From the human T2T-CHM13v2.0 reference genome, Homo sapiens: a stretch of 64,000 nt of DNA. The notes beneath the pieces were generated by a model, which saw nothing but the letters and a program-made list of their open reading frames with translations, made no database searches and was not told the origin of the DNA. The translations under genes were made by a program, and so were the position numbers. The DNA lies in the NCBI RefSeq assembly GCF_009914755.1, contig NC_060929.1. One strand, 5' to 3'. Shown here piece by piece: positions 45,421 through 58,022 of the stretch. Every line of letters begins with the position of its first letter. Positions within the stretch are counted from its first letter, which is position 1.

Positions 45421-46541
45421 TTTTAAAATTTCAACTTTTATTTTAGATACAGTGGGTACACATGCAGTTTTGTTACATGGGAATACTGCATGATGCCGAG
45501 GTTTGAAGTATGGATCCCATCACACAGGTAATGAACACTGTACCTGACAGGTAATCTATACACATATTTGGAGATAAAAAGAACATGTGCTAATAAAAAG
45601 TATAGTTTGTCAGAGGGAAAATCAACCACTTAAATGTAGAAGATCTCAGAAAAAAATATTTATAAACAATACTATATAAAATAACAAAATTGTATAATTC
45701 ATAATATCTAGTAAATAATTATAAATATTGAAGCAAACTGAAAGAAAACCAAAAGAGGTACCCTGACAGGGACCCACTGCTCCCCCTCCCTCCACTCTCT
45801 AGCAGTCCACAGTGTCTATTCCCACATTTATGTCTATGCAAACTAAATGTTAAGCTCTCATTTATAAGTAAGAGCCATATTTGGATTTCTGTTCCTGTTT
45901 TAATTTGTTTAGGATTATGGCCTTCAACTCCATACATGTTGTGTCAAAGAACATGATTTTATTCCTTTTTATAGCTGCATAGTATTCCGTGTTGTATATA
46001 TACCCCCTTTCCTTTATCCAGTGTACCGTTGATGGGCATCTGTGTTGATGCCATGTCTTTGGTGTTGTAAATAGTGCAGCAATAAACATGTAACTGCATG
46101 TGTCTTTTTGATAGAATGAGTTATTTTATTTTGGATATATATACCCAGTAAGAGGATTGCTGGGTTGAATGACAGCTCTGTTTTTAGTTATTTGAGAAAT
46201 ATTCAGACTACTTTCCACAGCCGCTGGACTAACTCTCATTCCCACCAACAGTGTATGGTCATTCTCTTTTCTCTACAGCCTTGCCAGCATCTGCTGTTTT
46301 TTGACTTTTTATTAATAGCCAGTCTGGTGTGAGACGGTATCTCATTGAGGTTTTGGTTTGCATTTCTCCAGTCATTAGTGATGCTGAGCATGGTTTCATA
46401 TGTTTGTTGGCCATTTGTATGTCTTCTTTTGAAAAGTGTCTGTTCATGTCCTTTGCTCATTTTTAACGGGGCTATTTGTTTTTTCTTGTTGATTTATTTA
46501 AGTTCCCTACAGATTTTGGATATTAAGACCTTGTCAGGTGC
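45421..46541 (-). mobile_element. L1PB-type LINE-1 3' segment (with an inserted block at 45552-45770)
   Basis: Antisense 3'UTR ttcaacttttattttagatacag...gttacatgggaatactgcatgatgccgaggtttg; minus-strand ORF2 remnants [18 protein letters not shown] and MFIAALFT. Confidence 0.9.
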
Positions 46542-47096
46542 CCAAATAGCCCCAGCAATCCTAAGCAAAAACAGCAAAGCTGGAGGCATCACACTACCCA
46601 TCCTGAAACTACATTATAAAGTCACAGAAACAAAAACAGCTTTGTACTGGTACAAAAACAGACACATAGAGCAATGGGATACAACAGAAAACTCAAAATA
46701 AAGCTGCACACCTACAACCATCTAGCCTTTCACAAGGCCAGTTAAAATAATGGAGAAAGGACTTCCTATTTAATAAATTGTGCTGGGATAACTGGCTAGC
46801 CACATGCAGAAGATGGAAGGTAGAGCACTACCACTCACCAAATATAAAAATTAACTTAAAATGGATTAAAGGTTTAAATATAAGACCTCAGACTATAACA
46901 ATCCTGGAAGGTAACCTAGAAAATACTCTTCAACATGAGCCTTGGCAAAGAATTTTTGGCTATATCTCCAAAACAAATTGCAACATAAACAAAAATAAAG
47001 TGGGACCCAATTACACTAAAGAGCTTCTGCACAGCAAAAGAAACTATGAACAAGCTGACAGCATATAAAATGGAAGAAGGTATTTGAAAACTATGC
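46542..47096 (+). mobile_element. Inverted 5' segment of the same L1PB (twin priming)
   Basis: Plus-strand ORF2 remnant [15 protein letters not shown]...[10 protein letters not shown]; ends aaactatgc, which in L1 directly precedes the atctgacaaagg where the minus segment begins. Confidence 0.88.
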
Positions 47097-48510
47097 TTTC
47101 TTTCTAATATGTGCAGCCTAGATTCCCCACAGGGATCCACTGCCAGAGTTGAAGCAAAGTAGAGTCAGAGAGGGGATGCAGAGATAAGTTTTGCTTACAG
47201 AGCCTATAATGTAAAGACTTAAAATAAAGTCACATTGAGTCATTAAGCACCGAAACTGAGGACAAGTCCGCACAAATGGCAAAACAAATAACCAATTGGT
47301 AGTTAGTATATTTGAGAAAACCGTATTCAAAGCTTTTCTTTACTACCTTGCCATCCCTAACCTTTTTAAAAAGTAAAAAGATGTCTCCCTTCAACTATTG
47401 ACAACAATTAGAAAGGAACACAAAGTCTATACATATATTTCTTAACAAACAATACTATATAAAATAACAAAATTATAGAAGTCATAATATCTATTAAATA
47501 ATTATAAATACTGAAGCAAATTGTAAGAAAACCAAGAGGTAAAAAGTGAAGCTGCTAATTTTAATAAGCAAAAATTAATATATGTATGTATATTACAGAA
47601 ATGAAGCCCACTCTGAAAGAAATGATAACAAAAATAAGTTAAAATGACCAAAATGAGCAGTCCAGACAACATAAGATAAAATTGAATAGAAAAGGATATT
47701 TCTTTTTCTTTAAGGTACTTAGTAGGGTGGAAAAAAAATCTTTTCCAACCTATTAATAATTTTTCTAGACAAAGTTAGCATAATAAACAGAAAAACATTT
47801 GAAGAAATGCTTCTAAAATCCTTAACTGACTCTGCATTTCTCAGGTTAATTAAAAAAAATAACTAACACAATGACAAAGTTACTAAACTTTGTGAATAAC
47901 AACAGAAAATATGTGTATCTCCACACAAGTAAACAACAAACAGATGGTGAATATAGAAATCATTTATTTGGAAATAGAAAATAATGTATTACACACTTGG
48001 GCAATATAAAAGTGATATTTTAACTTTTTACAGGAGATGAGGCAGGGTAAATAGGAGAATGTGAAATGTTCCCTCCATAATCTTCTATATTTTATTAAAT
48101 AAAATTTATAGATGTAGCTACATTTTAAACATATAACACTTTGAGAAATCAAATGTCTGTTATTTTTATCTTTTTCCACTTTTTAAGAGGTGTATTGTAT
48201 ACATACACATTTCTTTATTAAAAAAACTTGTTAATTTCAGTAATTTCTACAAATTCCATTTTGTTTCATAAAGAAATATGTACTTAAACATTCTTAATTT
48301 TTTTATAAACAAGTATAACCCAATTGTATTTTATGACATTATATCTAATATAACTCTATAGGCAAAGAGAAGTGGCTATGATGGTGCTCATACAAAATTA
48401 ATTGTGGTTATTTGTAAGAAAAAAGATTTTAAGTGATACAGTAATTCTATTTTCATTTTTTTGAAGTTGCTTGGTATTTTTCTAAATAACACATATTTTC
48501 TAAATAGCAC

Positions 48511-50531
48511 ATTTTTTAAAGTTTTTTTTAACTTTTATCTTAGGTTCAGGAGTACATGTGCAGGTTTGTTATATAGGTAAACTCATATCACGGGGGTTTG
48601 TTGTACGGGTTTTTTAGTCACCCAGGTGCTAATACTAGTACTCAACAGTAATTTTTTTTTTAATTCTGTCACTCCTCCCAAATTCCATTCTCAAGTAGGC
48701 CTTTGTGTTTGTTGCTCCACTCTTTGTGTCCCTGTGTTCTCATCATTTAGCTCCCACTTATAAGTGAGAACATGTAGTATTTGGTTTTCTGTACCTGAGT
48801 TAGTTTACTTAGGATAATGGCCTCCAGCTCCATCCATGGTCCTGCAAAGGACATAATATCATTCTTTTTATGGATGCATAATATTCCATGGTGTATATAT
48901 ATCAGAAGTCTACCATTGGTGAGCATTTGGGTTGATTCCATGTGTTTGCTATTGTGAATAGTGCTGCAGTGAACATATATGTGCATGTCTCTTTTATGGT
49001 ATGACAATTTTCATCCCTTTCAAAATATACCCAGTAAAGGGATTTCTGGGTCGAATGGTAGTTCTTTTTTTTAGCTCTTTGAGAAATCACCACACTGCTT
49101 TCTACAATGGTTGAACTAATTTACGCTCCAACCAACAGTGTATAAATATTCTCTTCTCCACAGCATTGCTAATAATATCTGTTGTTTTTTGACTTTTTAA
49201 TAACAGCCATTCTGACTGGTGTGAGATAGTATCTAATCGTGGTTTCAATTTGAATTTCTCTAATGATCAGTGATGTTGAGCTTTTTTTCGTATACTTGTT
49301 GGCTCCTTGTGTGTCTTCTTTTGAAAAGTGTCTGTTTATGTCCTTTGCCCACTTTTTAATAGGGTTGTTTTTTGCTTGTAAATTTGTTTAATTTCCTTAT
49401 AGATGCTGGATGCTAGACCTTTGTCAGATGCACAGTTTACAAATATTTTTCCCATTCTGTAGGTTGTCTGCTTACTCTGTTGATAGTTTCTTTTGCTGTG
49501 CAGAAGCTCTTAAGTTTAAGTGTAATTAGATCCTATTGCCAATTTTTGCTTTTGTTGTGATTGCTTTTGGCATCTTCATCATGAACTCTTTGTCAATGCC
49601 TATCTCCAAATGACAATGCCTGGGTTGTCTTCCATGGTTTTTATAGTTTTGGGTTTTATATTTATGTTTTTAATCCATCTTGAGTTGAGTTGATTTTATA
49701 TATATATATATTAAGAAAGGGGTCCAGTTTCAATTTTCTGCATCTGGCTAGCCAGTTATCCCAGCACAATTTATTAAGTAGGTAATCATTTCTCCATTGC
49801 TTGTTTCAGTCAGCTTTGCTGAAAGTAAGATGGTTGTGGGTGTGCAACCTTATTTCTGGGCTCTTTATTCTCTTCCATTGGTATATGCGTCGTTTTTATA
49901 CCGGTACCATGCTCCTTTGGTTACTCTAGCCCTATAGCATCGTTTGAAGTACGGTAACATGATACCTCCAACTTTGTTCTCTTTGCCTATGATTTCCTTG
50001 GCTATTTGGACTATTTTTTGGTTCCATATAAATTTCAGTATAGTTTTTTGCTAGTTCTGAAAAGAGTCTCAATGGTGGTTTCATAAGAATAGCATTGAAT
50101 CTATAAATTGTGTGGGGGCAGTACAGCCATTTGAAAAATATTGATTCTTCCCATCCATGAACATGGCATGTTTTTACATTTGTTTGTGTCATTGCTGATT
50201 TCTTTGAGTAGTCTTTTGTAATTGTCATTGCAGAGATGTTTCACCTTCCTGGTTAGCTATATTTCTAGGTATTCTAGTCTTTTTGTGAATCTTTGTGAAT
50301 AAGATTTCATTCTTGCCTTGGCTCTCAGCTTGGCTGTTGTTGGTATGTAGGAATGCGAGTGAATTTTGTACATTGATTTTGTACCTGAAATTTTGCTGAA
50401 GTTGTTTATCAGCTGAAAGAGCTTTTGAACCAAGACTATGGGGTTTTCTAGATATAAAATCATGTTTTCTGCAAACAGGGATAATTTGACTTCCCTTCTT
50501 TCTGTTTGAATGCCCTGTATTTATTTCTATT
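48511..50531 (-). mobile_element. 5'-truncated L1PA15/16-type LINE-1 (~2 kb)
   Basis: Antisense 3'UTR aacttttatcttaggttcaggagtacatgtgcagg; ORF2 remnants [10 protein letters not shown] and WMELEAIILSKLTQ; 28-bp flanking duplication. Confidence 0.93.
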
Positions 50532-51375
50532 TAAATGACACATGTTTTCTAAATGGCACTTAAATTTATTTAAAAATAAAAATAAATCTCTTTTGAAAAA
50601 CTAACAATTCGATAGGTATATAAAAGTACTTTCATACAAGATAAAATGTTGAAAATATTAGGCCAACATTTTTGAGTATATGTCCTTGATATAATTTTAG
50701 TGCTATTTACAAGAAACAAGCAAAAACTACCTTATAAAAAATTCACATTGAATAAAAGCTCATACATAATTTGAATACAATTAAATTCAAATTATTATCA
50801 TCAACAATATTACCTCTAAAAGTGTTTTTTTCTTGTTACTTTGGTGGGCTTGTGTGTTATTTTTCACACACTTCTCTGTTATTTTATGAGAAAAAATAAG
50901 AAAAAATAGGAAACAACATAATTTCTGGGACTTGAATGTTATAATTGTGGAAATAACAACTAGTCCTTTTAAAACTTCAAAACATTAAATTGATAAATCT
51001 TTTAAAAACTACAAAACATTCTAGGACAGAAAACATTATCCTATTTCAAATCAATTGCATATATACTCATATTATCTGTCCAGCATTAATAATTAAGCCT
51101 ATGAAACAAAAATATTTATTGAGTCACTATTAATACAACAAACATCTGACTTGAACTCCATAAAGCTCAGTCATACATATAATTAATTACACCTCATTTC
51201 ACCTGCTTCAGAGCATAATTTAAACTTATAAAGATGTACAGATTCATTGAAATTAAATTTAGGTTGTTAAAATGAACTGATTAACAATTAATGGATCACA
51301 ATTTTACACCTGATCAAGATTTGGGATATATAAAATATAAAATTAAAAAATAACTTAATATGTGAAATGCTGGTG

Positions 51376-51488
51376 AAGGAAGGAAGGGAGGAAGGGAGGA
51401 GGAGAGGGAGGGAGGGAGGGATGAAGTAAGGAAGGAAGAAAGAAAGGAAGGATGGGTGGAAAGAAGAAGGAAAGAAAAAAAAAAGAAG
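51376..51488. repeat. Purine-rich (GGAA)/(GGGA)/(GAAA) tract
   Basis: Directly visible. Confidence 0.93.
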
Positions 51489-53934
51489 ATTAACACAGAT
51501 GCACTGCAAAATGTGTGTACTATGAAAAGAGCAATAACACAGTGACTGCCTGGAGGGCAAGTCTCATCTGCTGTAATAAACATCAAGGTAAGAAGCCAAG
51601 ATGAATTTGAACAATTTTCTTGCTCTAGCAAAGAAATTGAACAAAGAAGCTCTTAATCACAACTGGTCACCTTCCCTGCTGTTATATCAAATTGTTCTAA
51701 AGACCTTCTGGTTAAAAAGCTATTGTAGTTTGAGATTTATGTAATGTGTAAATTGGAATAGAGGCAGACATATTCTCCAAGTGTGTTTTGAGGTAAGCTC
51801 TGAAGAAAGGTATTTTGTAAATTTTATGAGTATTTTAGCTTTTCGTCTCTCAGATTCAGTATAACAGATACCTATCTTTCATCTTCCATTAAGCCAATCA
51901 AGAAGCAAATTGGAAAGAAATTTATTATTAAAGATGAAGATAGTTATTGATGATTGCTATTTGATTTGAAGCTAGTAGTATGCAGATTACAGAAGTGAAG
52001 CATTTCACATAGAAGTAATAAATGGCAGGTCTAGAGAAGAGGGGAATTAAAGAAAAAGTAATAGTCTTAAATGAGAAATGAGAAGACCTTATTTTCTCTT
52101 TTTTCCTTTAGATATTTGGATGCCCTCATTTGGTCACTTCATTGAAATCAAGACAAGCAGCCTCAAAGTTCATAGAAAACCAGCCCCAAAGGCACTGTGT
52201 TATGTTGCTCCTGTATTCCAATCATCTAGCTTTTCAAATAATATAAAATAATCTGTAGTATGAAGGGGATTCCATTTTCCAGTATCAGAATTATCTGAAT
52301 ATTTTTACAAGTATACCTTTTCCAACCTTGTCTTGCACATATATTTTACATTTCAAATAATGCATTAAATTTAAAACATATTCAGAAACTAGCATTTTCC
52401 CCTCTTATTAGCTTGCTTCCTTTTCACTTTTCAATACAAGTGATCATGTTCTATAATCAGATTTGACTTGTACATGGCATCTTGGCTGTTAAGAGAATGG
52501 CAGAAGCACAGAGGGCAGATTTCCTGCCCTTAAGTTTAAAGCATCTCCCTCAAAAACTGACTCTTCAATTGATGTTTATCAGAGTGCCTACACCGCTTAG
52601 TAGTTTTAACCTAATTTTGTAGCAAGAGGAAACATTTAAACAGTCCCTGGTGTCTGGAATTTTGCACGGTATTACTTTGAATTTAAGTTTAAAATAACAT
52701 TGGCTATATAAACTAGAAATATTTGGAATAGGCACCATCCCACTGGGCCTAAAGCAAAAGAATCATGACGATGTTGGTGGGTATTGTTAAAGATGATATT
52801 GTCTAATAAACAGATAAATTAAACAATAAAGAAAACAACTGATATATAATGGATTTAAAAAGTATGCTTTAATTGAAAATGGATCCAAAAATCTGCCATA
52901 ATCTCAAAGCCAGTGCTTCAGACAATATAAAGCTTTTTTCTCTTTTTATTTTTTATATTCTCTTCTTTTTCTACATTTTCAGATTTTTGGGCAAGCTATT
53001 TCTCAAAAGAGGATCAAAATGTTTGAATTTGCACACAGAATTTTTAGCAGTGTGATTAAAACAAATCATCTAAACTCTCAAGTTTCAGTTTCTCAACTGT
53101 AAGTAATGATAATATGTCTTCACGATTTTCTTCTATATAGACATACAGATTAAAAAAGAAACTATATAAAATATTTTATTATATAGCTATATTATAATAA
53201 TTCATATAGTTTTTCAGTATTGTAATTTTAAAAACTACTTTTTAAAAATAAATTCACTTTAATTCCTTCAGTTCTTTAGTAATGCAAGGACCTGGTTATA
53301 TGTCTCAGTGATTATTTTAATCAACTAATTATATTTAAAATTGAATTTGAATGATTTGTAGCAATGGTAAATGAATTATGGATTTCCAACTAGGTTGACA
53401 TATGTATCAATTTGAAATACTAATTTTTTTCTCTTGAAATTATTAAAATACTAAGCTTTGAGGGCTAATTTCATCTTTCAATCACAAAACATTTATTTTG
53501 TATATTCTAGATGGGGCAATATTTGGTTGTGTAGAAAATAAGAAATATTTCATAAATTTGTTTATTTATATCAATATTTGTTACAATATATGAATTGAAA
53601 ATAACTGAACTTTTAGGTTTGGAAAATAATTTTAAAAATGATAAAGGTGAAAAAATGAGAAAATGGTGCTTCAATTTGTATTCTTAAATTTCAGTTTTTA
53701 AGAACCCATGTCTTAGGTTGGAGCTCTTTAAATGGTCATTTTGATAAGTATCACCTTCTCCCAAACTTGTTTCATTTGTTTCCAGATTTGTAAGTGGAAG
53801 CAGTCATGCGTCTTCATATGTGTCCATGAGTCACTCATGCACACCCACATAGAACAGGAAGTGGTGAGGAGTTTCATGATATTTAGTATTTTGGGGTATT
53901 ATTTTTCTGTTTCATAAATAAAAATAAAGGATAA

Positions 53935-54282
53935 TCCACAGTATCAAATAAGAAAACTATCAAACCCAGATTTTATATCCAGCAAAAACTTCAAGACTGA
54001 AAGTGAAATAAATGCATTCAAATGAAAAGGTAAAATGATTTCATTTCAGTAGAATTGCCAAAGTAAGTACTTTAAGTTAATAGGAAAATATATCAGTTAG
54101 AAATTCCAATCCTTCAGGAAAACAAGAGAGAAGAATAACAGAAGTAATAAATAACTGAAAATTATAAAATATTATTTTTAGCCTTTTTTATATTAATTTG
54201 TTATAAGCCATATTGATGTTTAAATAAAACATTAGAGAATAGTCTAAAAGTTTTTACATGTAGATAGATTTAAACATGTAAC
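53935..54282 (+). mobile_element. Old L1M ORF1-end/inter-ORF fragment
   Basis: aactatcaaacccagattttatatccagcaaaa...aaagtgaaataaa (PRILYPAK-like region). Confidence 0.65.
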
Positions 54283-54619
54283 ACTCAGGTATTATGCATA
54301 GTATCCATTCGTTACTTTTCCTGATCCTCTTGCTCCTCTCACCCTCCACTCTCTCGTAAGCCCCAGTGTGTGTTGTTCCCCTCTATGTGTCCATGCGTTC
54401 TCATCATTTAGCTCCTACTTAAAAGTGAAAACATACAGTGTCTGGTTTTCTTTCCCTGTGTGAGTTTGCTAAGGATAATGGCCTCCAGCTCCATTCATGT
54501 TTTGGCGAAAGACATAATCTCATATTTTGTGGCTGCATAGTATTTTATGGTGTATATGTACGACATTTTCTTTAGGCAGTCTTTCATTGCTGGGCATTTA
54601 GGTTTATTCGTGGCTTTGT
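54283..54619 (-). mobile_element. Inverted segment of a short L1PA15/16-type insertion
   Basis: Antisense ORF2-end/3'UTR: ctcaggtattatgcatagta...catttagctcctactt...ggcctccagctccattcatg. Confidence 0.88.
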
Positions 54620-55103
54620 CATGACACATTTACCTATTGTATTAGTCTGTTCTCACACTGCTATAAAGAACTATCTGAGACTGGGTAATCTATAAAGTAA
54701 AGAGGTTTAATTGGCTCATGTTTCTGCAGGCTGCACAGGAAGCATGACTGGGGAGGCTTCAGAAAACTTACAATCATGGCAAAAGGCAAAGAAGTAGGAG
54801 GCACGTCTTCACATGTCCACAGCAGGAGGAAGAGAGAGAGAAAGTGGAGGTGCTACACACTTTTAAACAACCAGATCTTGTGAGAACTCTATCACAAAAC
54901 AACATCTGGGGATGGTGCTAAACCATTAGCAACCACCACCGTTATCCAATCACCTCCCACCGTGCCCCTCCTCCAACACTGGGAATTCTGATTTGATGTG
55001 AGATTTGGGTGGGAACACAAATCCAAACCATATCAGCTATGTAATAAACCTATACATGTAACCCCCAGTTTAAAATAAAAGTTAAATCAAAAATTGAAAA
55101 AAA
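54620..55103 (+). mobile_element. Sense 3' tip of the same L1 (54620-54637 plus 55036-55103), split by an MST LTR
   Basis: catgacacatttacctat | gtaataaacctatacatgtaacccccagtttaaaataaaagttaaa. Confidence 0.8.
54638..55035 (-). mobile_element. MSTA-type MaLR solo LTR
   Basis: tgtattagtctgttctcacactgctataaag...atccaaaccatatca; 5-bp TSD cctat/gctat. Confidence 0.94.
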
Positions 55104-55144
55104 TGCATATACATATATATGTGTGAATACACACACACACACAC

Positions 55145-56698
55145 ATATGACACGTATAATATGAGGGAGAAGGGGAATATGGATCTAAAAATTTGCATGA
55201 TTTTTTGTATTAGAAGATTCATTATGGTTAAGCCATCAATACTACTCAAATCCCAATCAGAATTCAGAAAGAATTATTTTGTGTAGAAATTCACAGGTTG
55301 ATTCAATACTTACATGGAAATGTAAAGATGCTAGAATAACAAAAAATGACTTTAAAAAGAACAACAACGGAAGACTTAAACTACTGTATTGAAAGCATTA
55401 CTCCAAAACTACAATAATCATACAGCATGTGACTGACATTAAGGATAGGACTAGACATCAGTTGAACAGTTTAGGAAGTTTAAAAATAGAATTATGCATA
55501 TATGGTCATTCATTTTTAACAAGAGTGCCAAAACAATTCAATGGAAAAACTAGGTGTTTACACAAAAATAATGCTGAAACAAGTAGATGTCATAGGGAGA
55601 AAAAAAAAACTTAACCCATATGCCAAGCTCTTTTTAAAAAATTAACCAAGAAATGAAATAGAGATCTATTGATATACGTAAGAGTCAAAATTTTGAAATT
55701 ACCAGAGAATAATTATGATGAAATATAGATGCCCCTGATTTAGGCAAACATATCTTAGCAGAACATTAAACTTAAGCAAGAATCATATAAAAATTAGATA
55801 CTTGAACTTCATGAAAATTAAAATTTCTCTTTGAAAGACACTGTGAGGAAAATGAAAGCATAGGAAATAGAATGAGATAAGTTATTTGCAAAACATATTA
55901 TCTAGTAAAAGATTTATATTTTAAAAAATTCTGAAAACTCAACCATGAGAAGCCAAAGAATGAATCTAAGTAGGCTATATATTTAAGCAGGCACTTTATT
56001 GGAAAAGTTATACAGATATACACATGTAAGAAATATTAAAATGATTAGCCATTAGTCAAATGCAAACGAAAACCACAATGAGGTATAACTAGACTTTCAT
56101 AAGAATACCTAAAACCAGAACTACTAATAATTCTAAACGTTGAACAGAATGTGGAGCAATTAGACCTTTCATATATCACTGATTTATACTAAAAAAATGC
56201 AAACATCTCCTAACACAAAAATGTTTAAGCAAATATTCTACATTTTTCATAATAGACAAAAATTGGAAGCCACCAAAATGTTCATTAATTATGGATAAAT
56301 ATAAAAAGGGTGGTACATAAATACCACAAAACACTACTCGACAACAAAACAGAACAAATCACTGATACCACCACCACTAATGAATCTCAAACGCACTATG
56401 TTAAGTGAAAGGAGCCAGACACAAAGTACAATTGTCTGACTATATTTTTATGATTTTTCTAAAAATTCAAACCTATAGCTCCAGTAAGTAGACCATTGGT
56501 TGCAAGACACTGGGGGTACTGGGAAGGTACTGACTATCTACAAGATAAGATGGAAATCTGGGGGGAGATGAATCATTCTACATCTTGATTTTGGTGATAA
56601 TTACACAAAAGCATATATTTCTCAGAACACTTCAAACTCTAAAGTTACAATTGTTGAACTTAATTTTATGTAAATCATATCTTTATGAAGTTGATTAA
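55145..56698 (+). mobile_element. Old L1M (MC/MD/ME) late ORF2 and 3'UTR
   Basis: aaatgcaaacgaaaaccacaatgagg...atgaatctcaaacgcactatgttaagtgaaaggagccagacacaaa...tatgtaaatcatatctttatgaagttgatt. Confidence 0.82.
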
Positions 56699-56826
56699 CC
56701 AACTAACCAAAAAATCAATACTATAATTTTTTAAACTAAGTATATACATTTAAGCAATCTGGTAAAGTATCTCATTTATTTTTCTTTTTAATATAAATCT
56801 GGTTATTATAGGGTATTATATAGAAC

Positions 56827-57000
56827 AATAGTTCTCAGTCTTGGTTGATCATCAGAAAATCTGCGGAGTTTTGAAGAACTGCATATTCCCAAGCTCTTCT
56901 CCAAACTCAATGGATCAGAATCACCAGAAACGAAGCTCAGTAATTAATATATTTAAAAGATTTTCCATGGACATCTACTGCTTGCTAAGTAAAACCATCA
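56827..57000. mobile_element. MER5A/B-like hAT MITE
   Basis: aatagttctcagtcttggttgatcatcagaaaatc...ggatcagaatc...tatatttaaaagattttcca...aaccatc. Confidence 0.6.
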
Positions 57001-57049
57001 AACTAATGAACAACAACAAAAATAATAACAACAACAACAAACCTTTTTG

Positions 57050-58022
57050 GAAGGGTCACTGTAAAAAATAAGACAATTTAGAGACTAGGAAAAATATTTA
57101 CAAATCATATGTATGATAAAGAATTTGTATCCTAAATATATATACATATATGTAAATAATTAAAATCCCTCAAAATTCAATTACAAGAAAACAAAGTACC
57201 CAATTTTTTAAGTGCAAATATTTGAATAGGCTCCACCAGAAAAGATCCTTAAATGACAAATAGGTACAGGAAAAGATGTTCAATATCAATAATTATTAGG
57301 AAAATGCAAATAAAAACCAAAATGACATAACACTACACACCCTAAACATCAATTGAAATAGCTGAAAGCAAAAAGAGTGGTAATAAAAGAGTTTTGGTGA
57401 TCATATGGAGAAACTGGAAATCTCACACCTAGTCACGAGAATGTAAAATACTATTTGGAGAATAATTTGTCCATTTCTAAAATGTGAATACACTTCTCTC
57501 AAGATCCAGCCATTGCACCCTTGAGCATTTATCCAAGGGAAACGAAAGCATCCATTCACACACAGACTTTTACACAAAGGTACATAGCAGCTTTATTTGT
57601 AATTGCCAAAATTGTTCAGATGAAAGTGAATAGATGACAAACTAAAGTACAGCAACATAATGGTATAATAGTAGACAATATAAAAAATGTATTATTCGTA
57701 TGTAGTACAACATAGAGGAATCTCAAAATAATTATGCTGAGTGAAAAAAAAGAAAAAAGAATATATACTGTATTATTTAATTTATGTAACATTTTGGAAA
57801 ATGCAAACTAAACACAAGTCAGCAGTGCCTGGGGAAGGAAAGTTCAGGAAAAGATATAAAGAAAGCTTTACAAAGTGGCACCAGGATACTTTTGAGGGTG
57901 ATAGTTATGTTCTGCATGTTGATTGTGGTGACGGTTTCATGAGTATATACATATATAAAAACTTAACAATTGTACACTTTAAATATGTGCAATTTATTGT
58001 GTATAAATTACATCTCAAAAAA
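57050..58022 (+). mobile_element. L1MD/ME1-type 3' end
   Basis: aaaatatttacaaatcatatgtatgataaag...gaatctcaaaataattatgctgagtgaaa...tgtacactttaaatatgtgcaatttattgtg. Confidence 0.85.

Noticed and set aside
46345-46701. 118-aa apparently novel ORF
   Set aside because: Chimera across the L1 inversion junction (antisense ORF2 plus sense ORF2).
51288-51631. P/S/F/L-rich ORFs
   Set aside because: Translation of the pyrimidine strand of the GGAA/GGGA tract.
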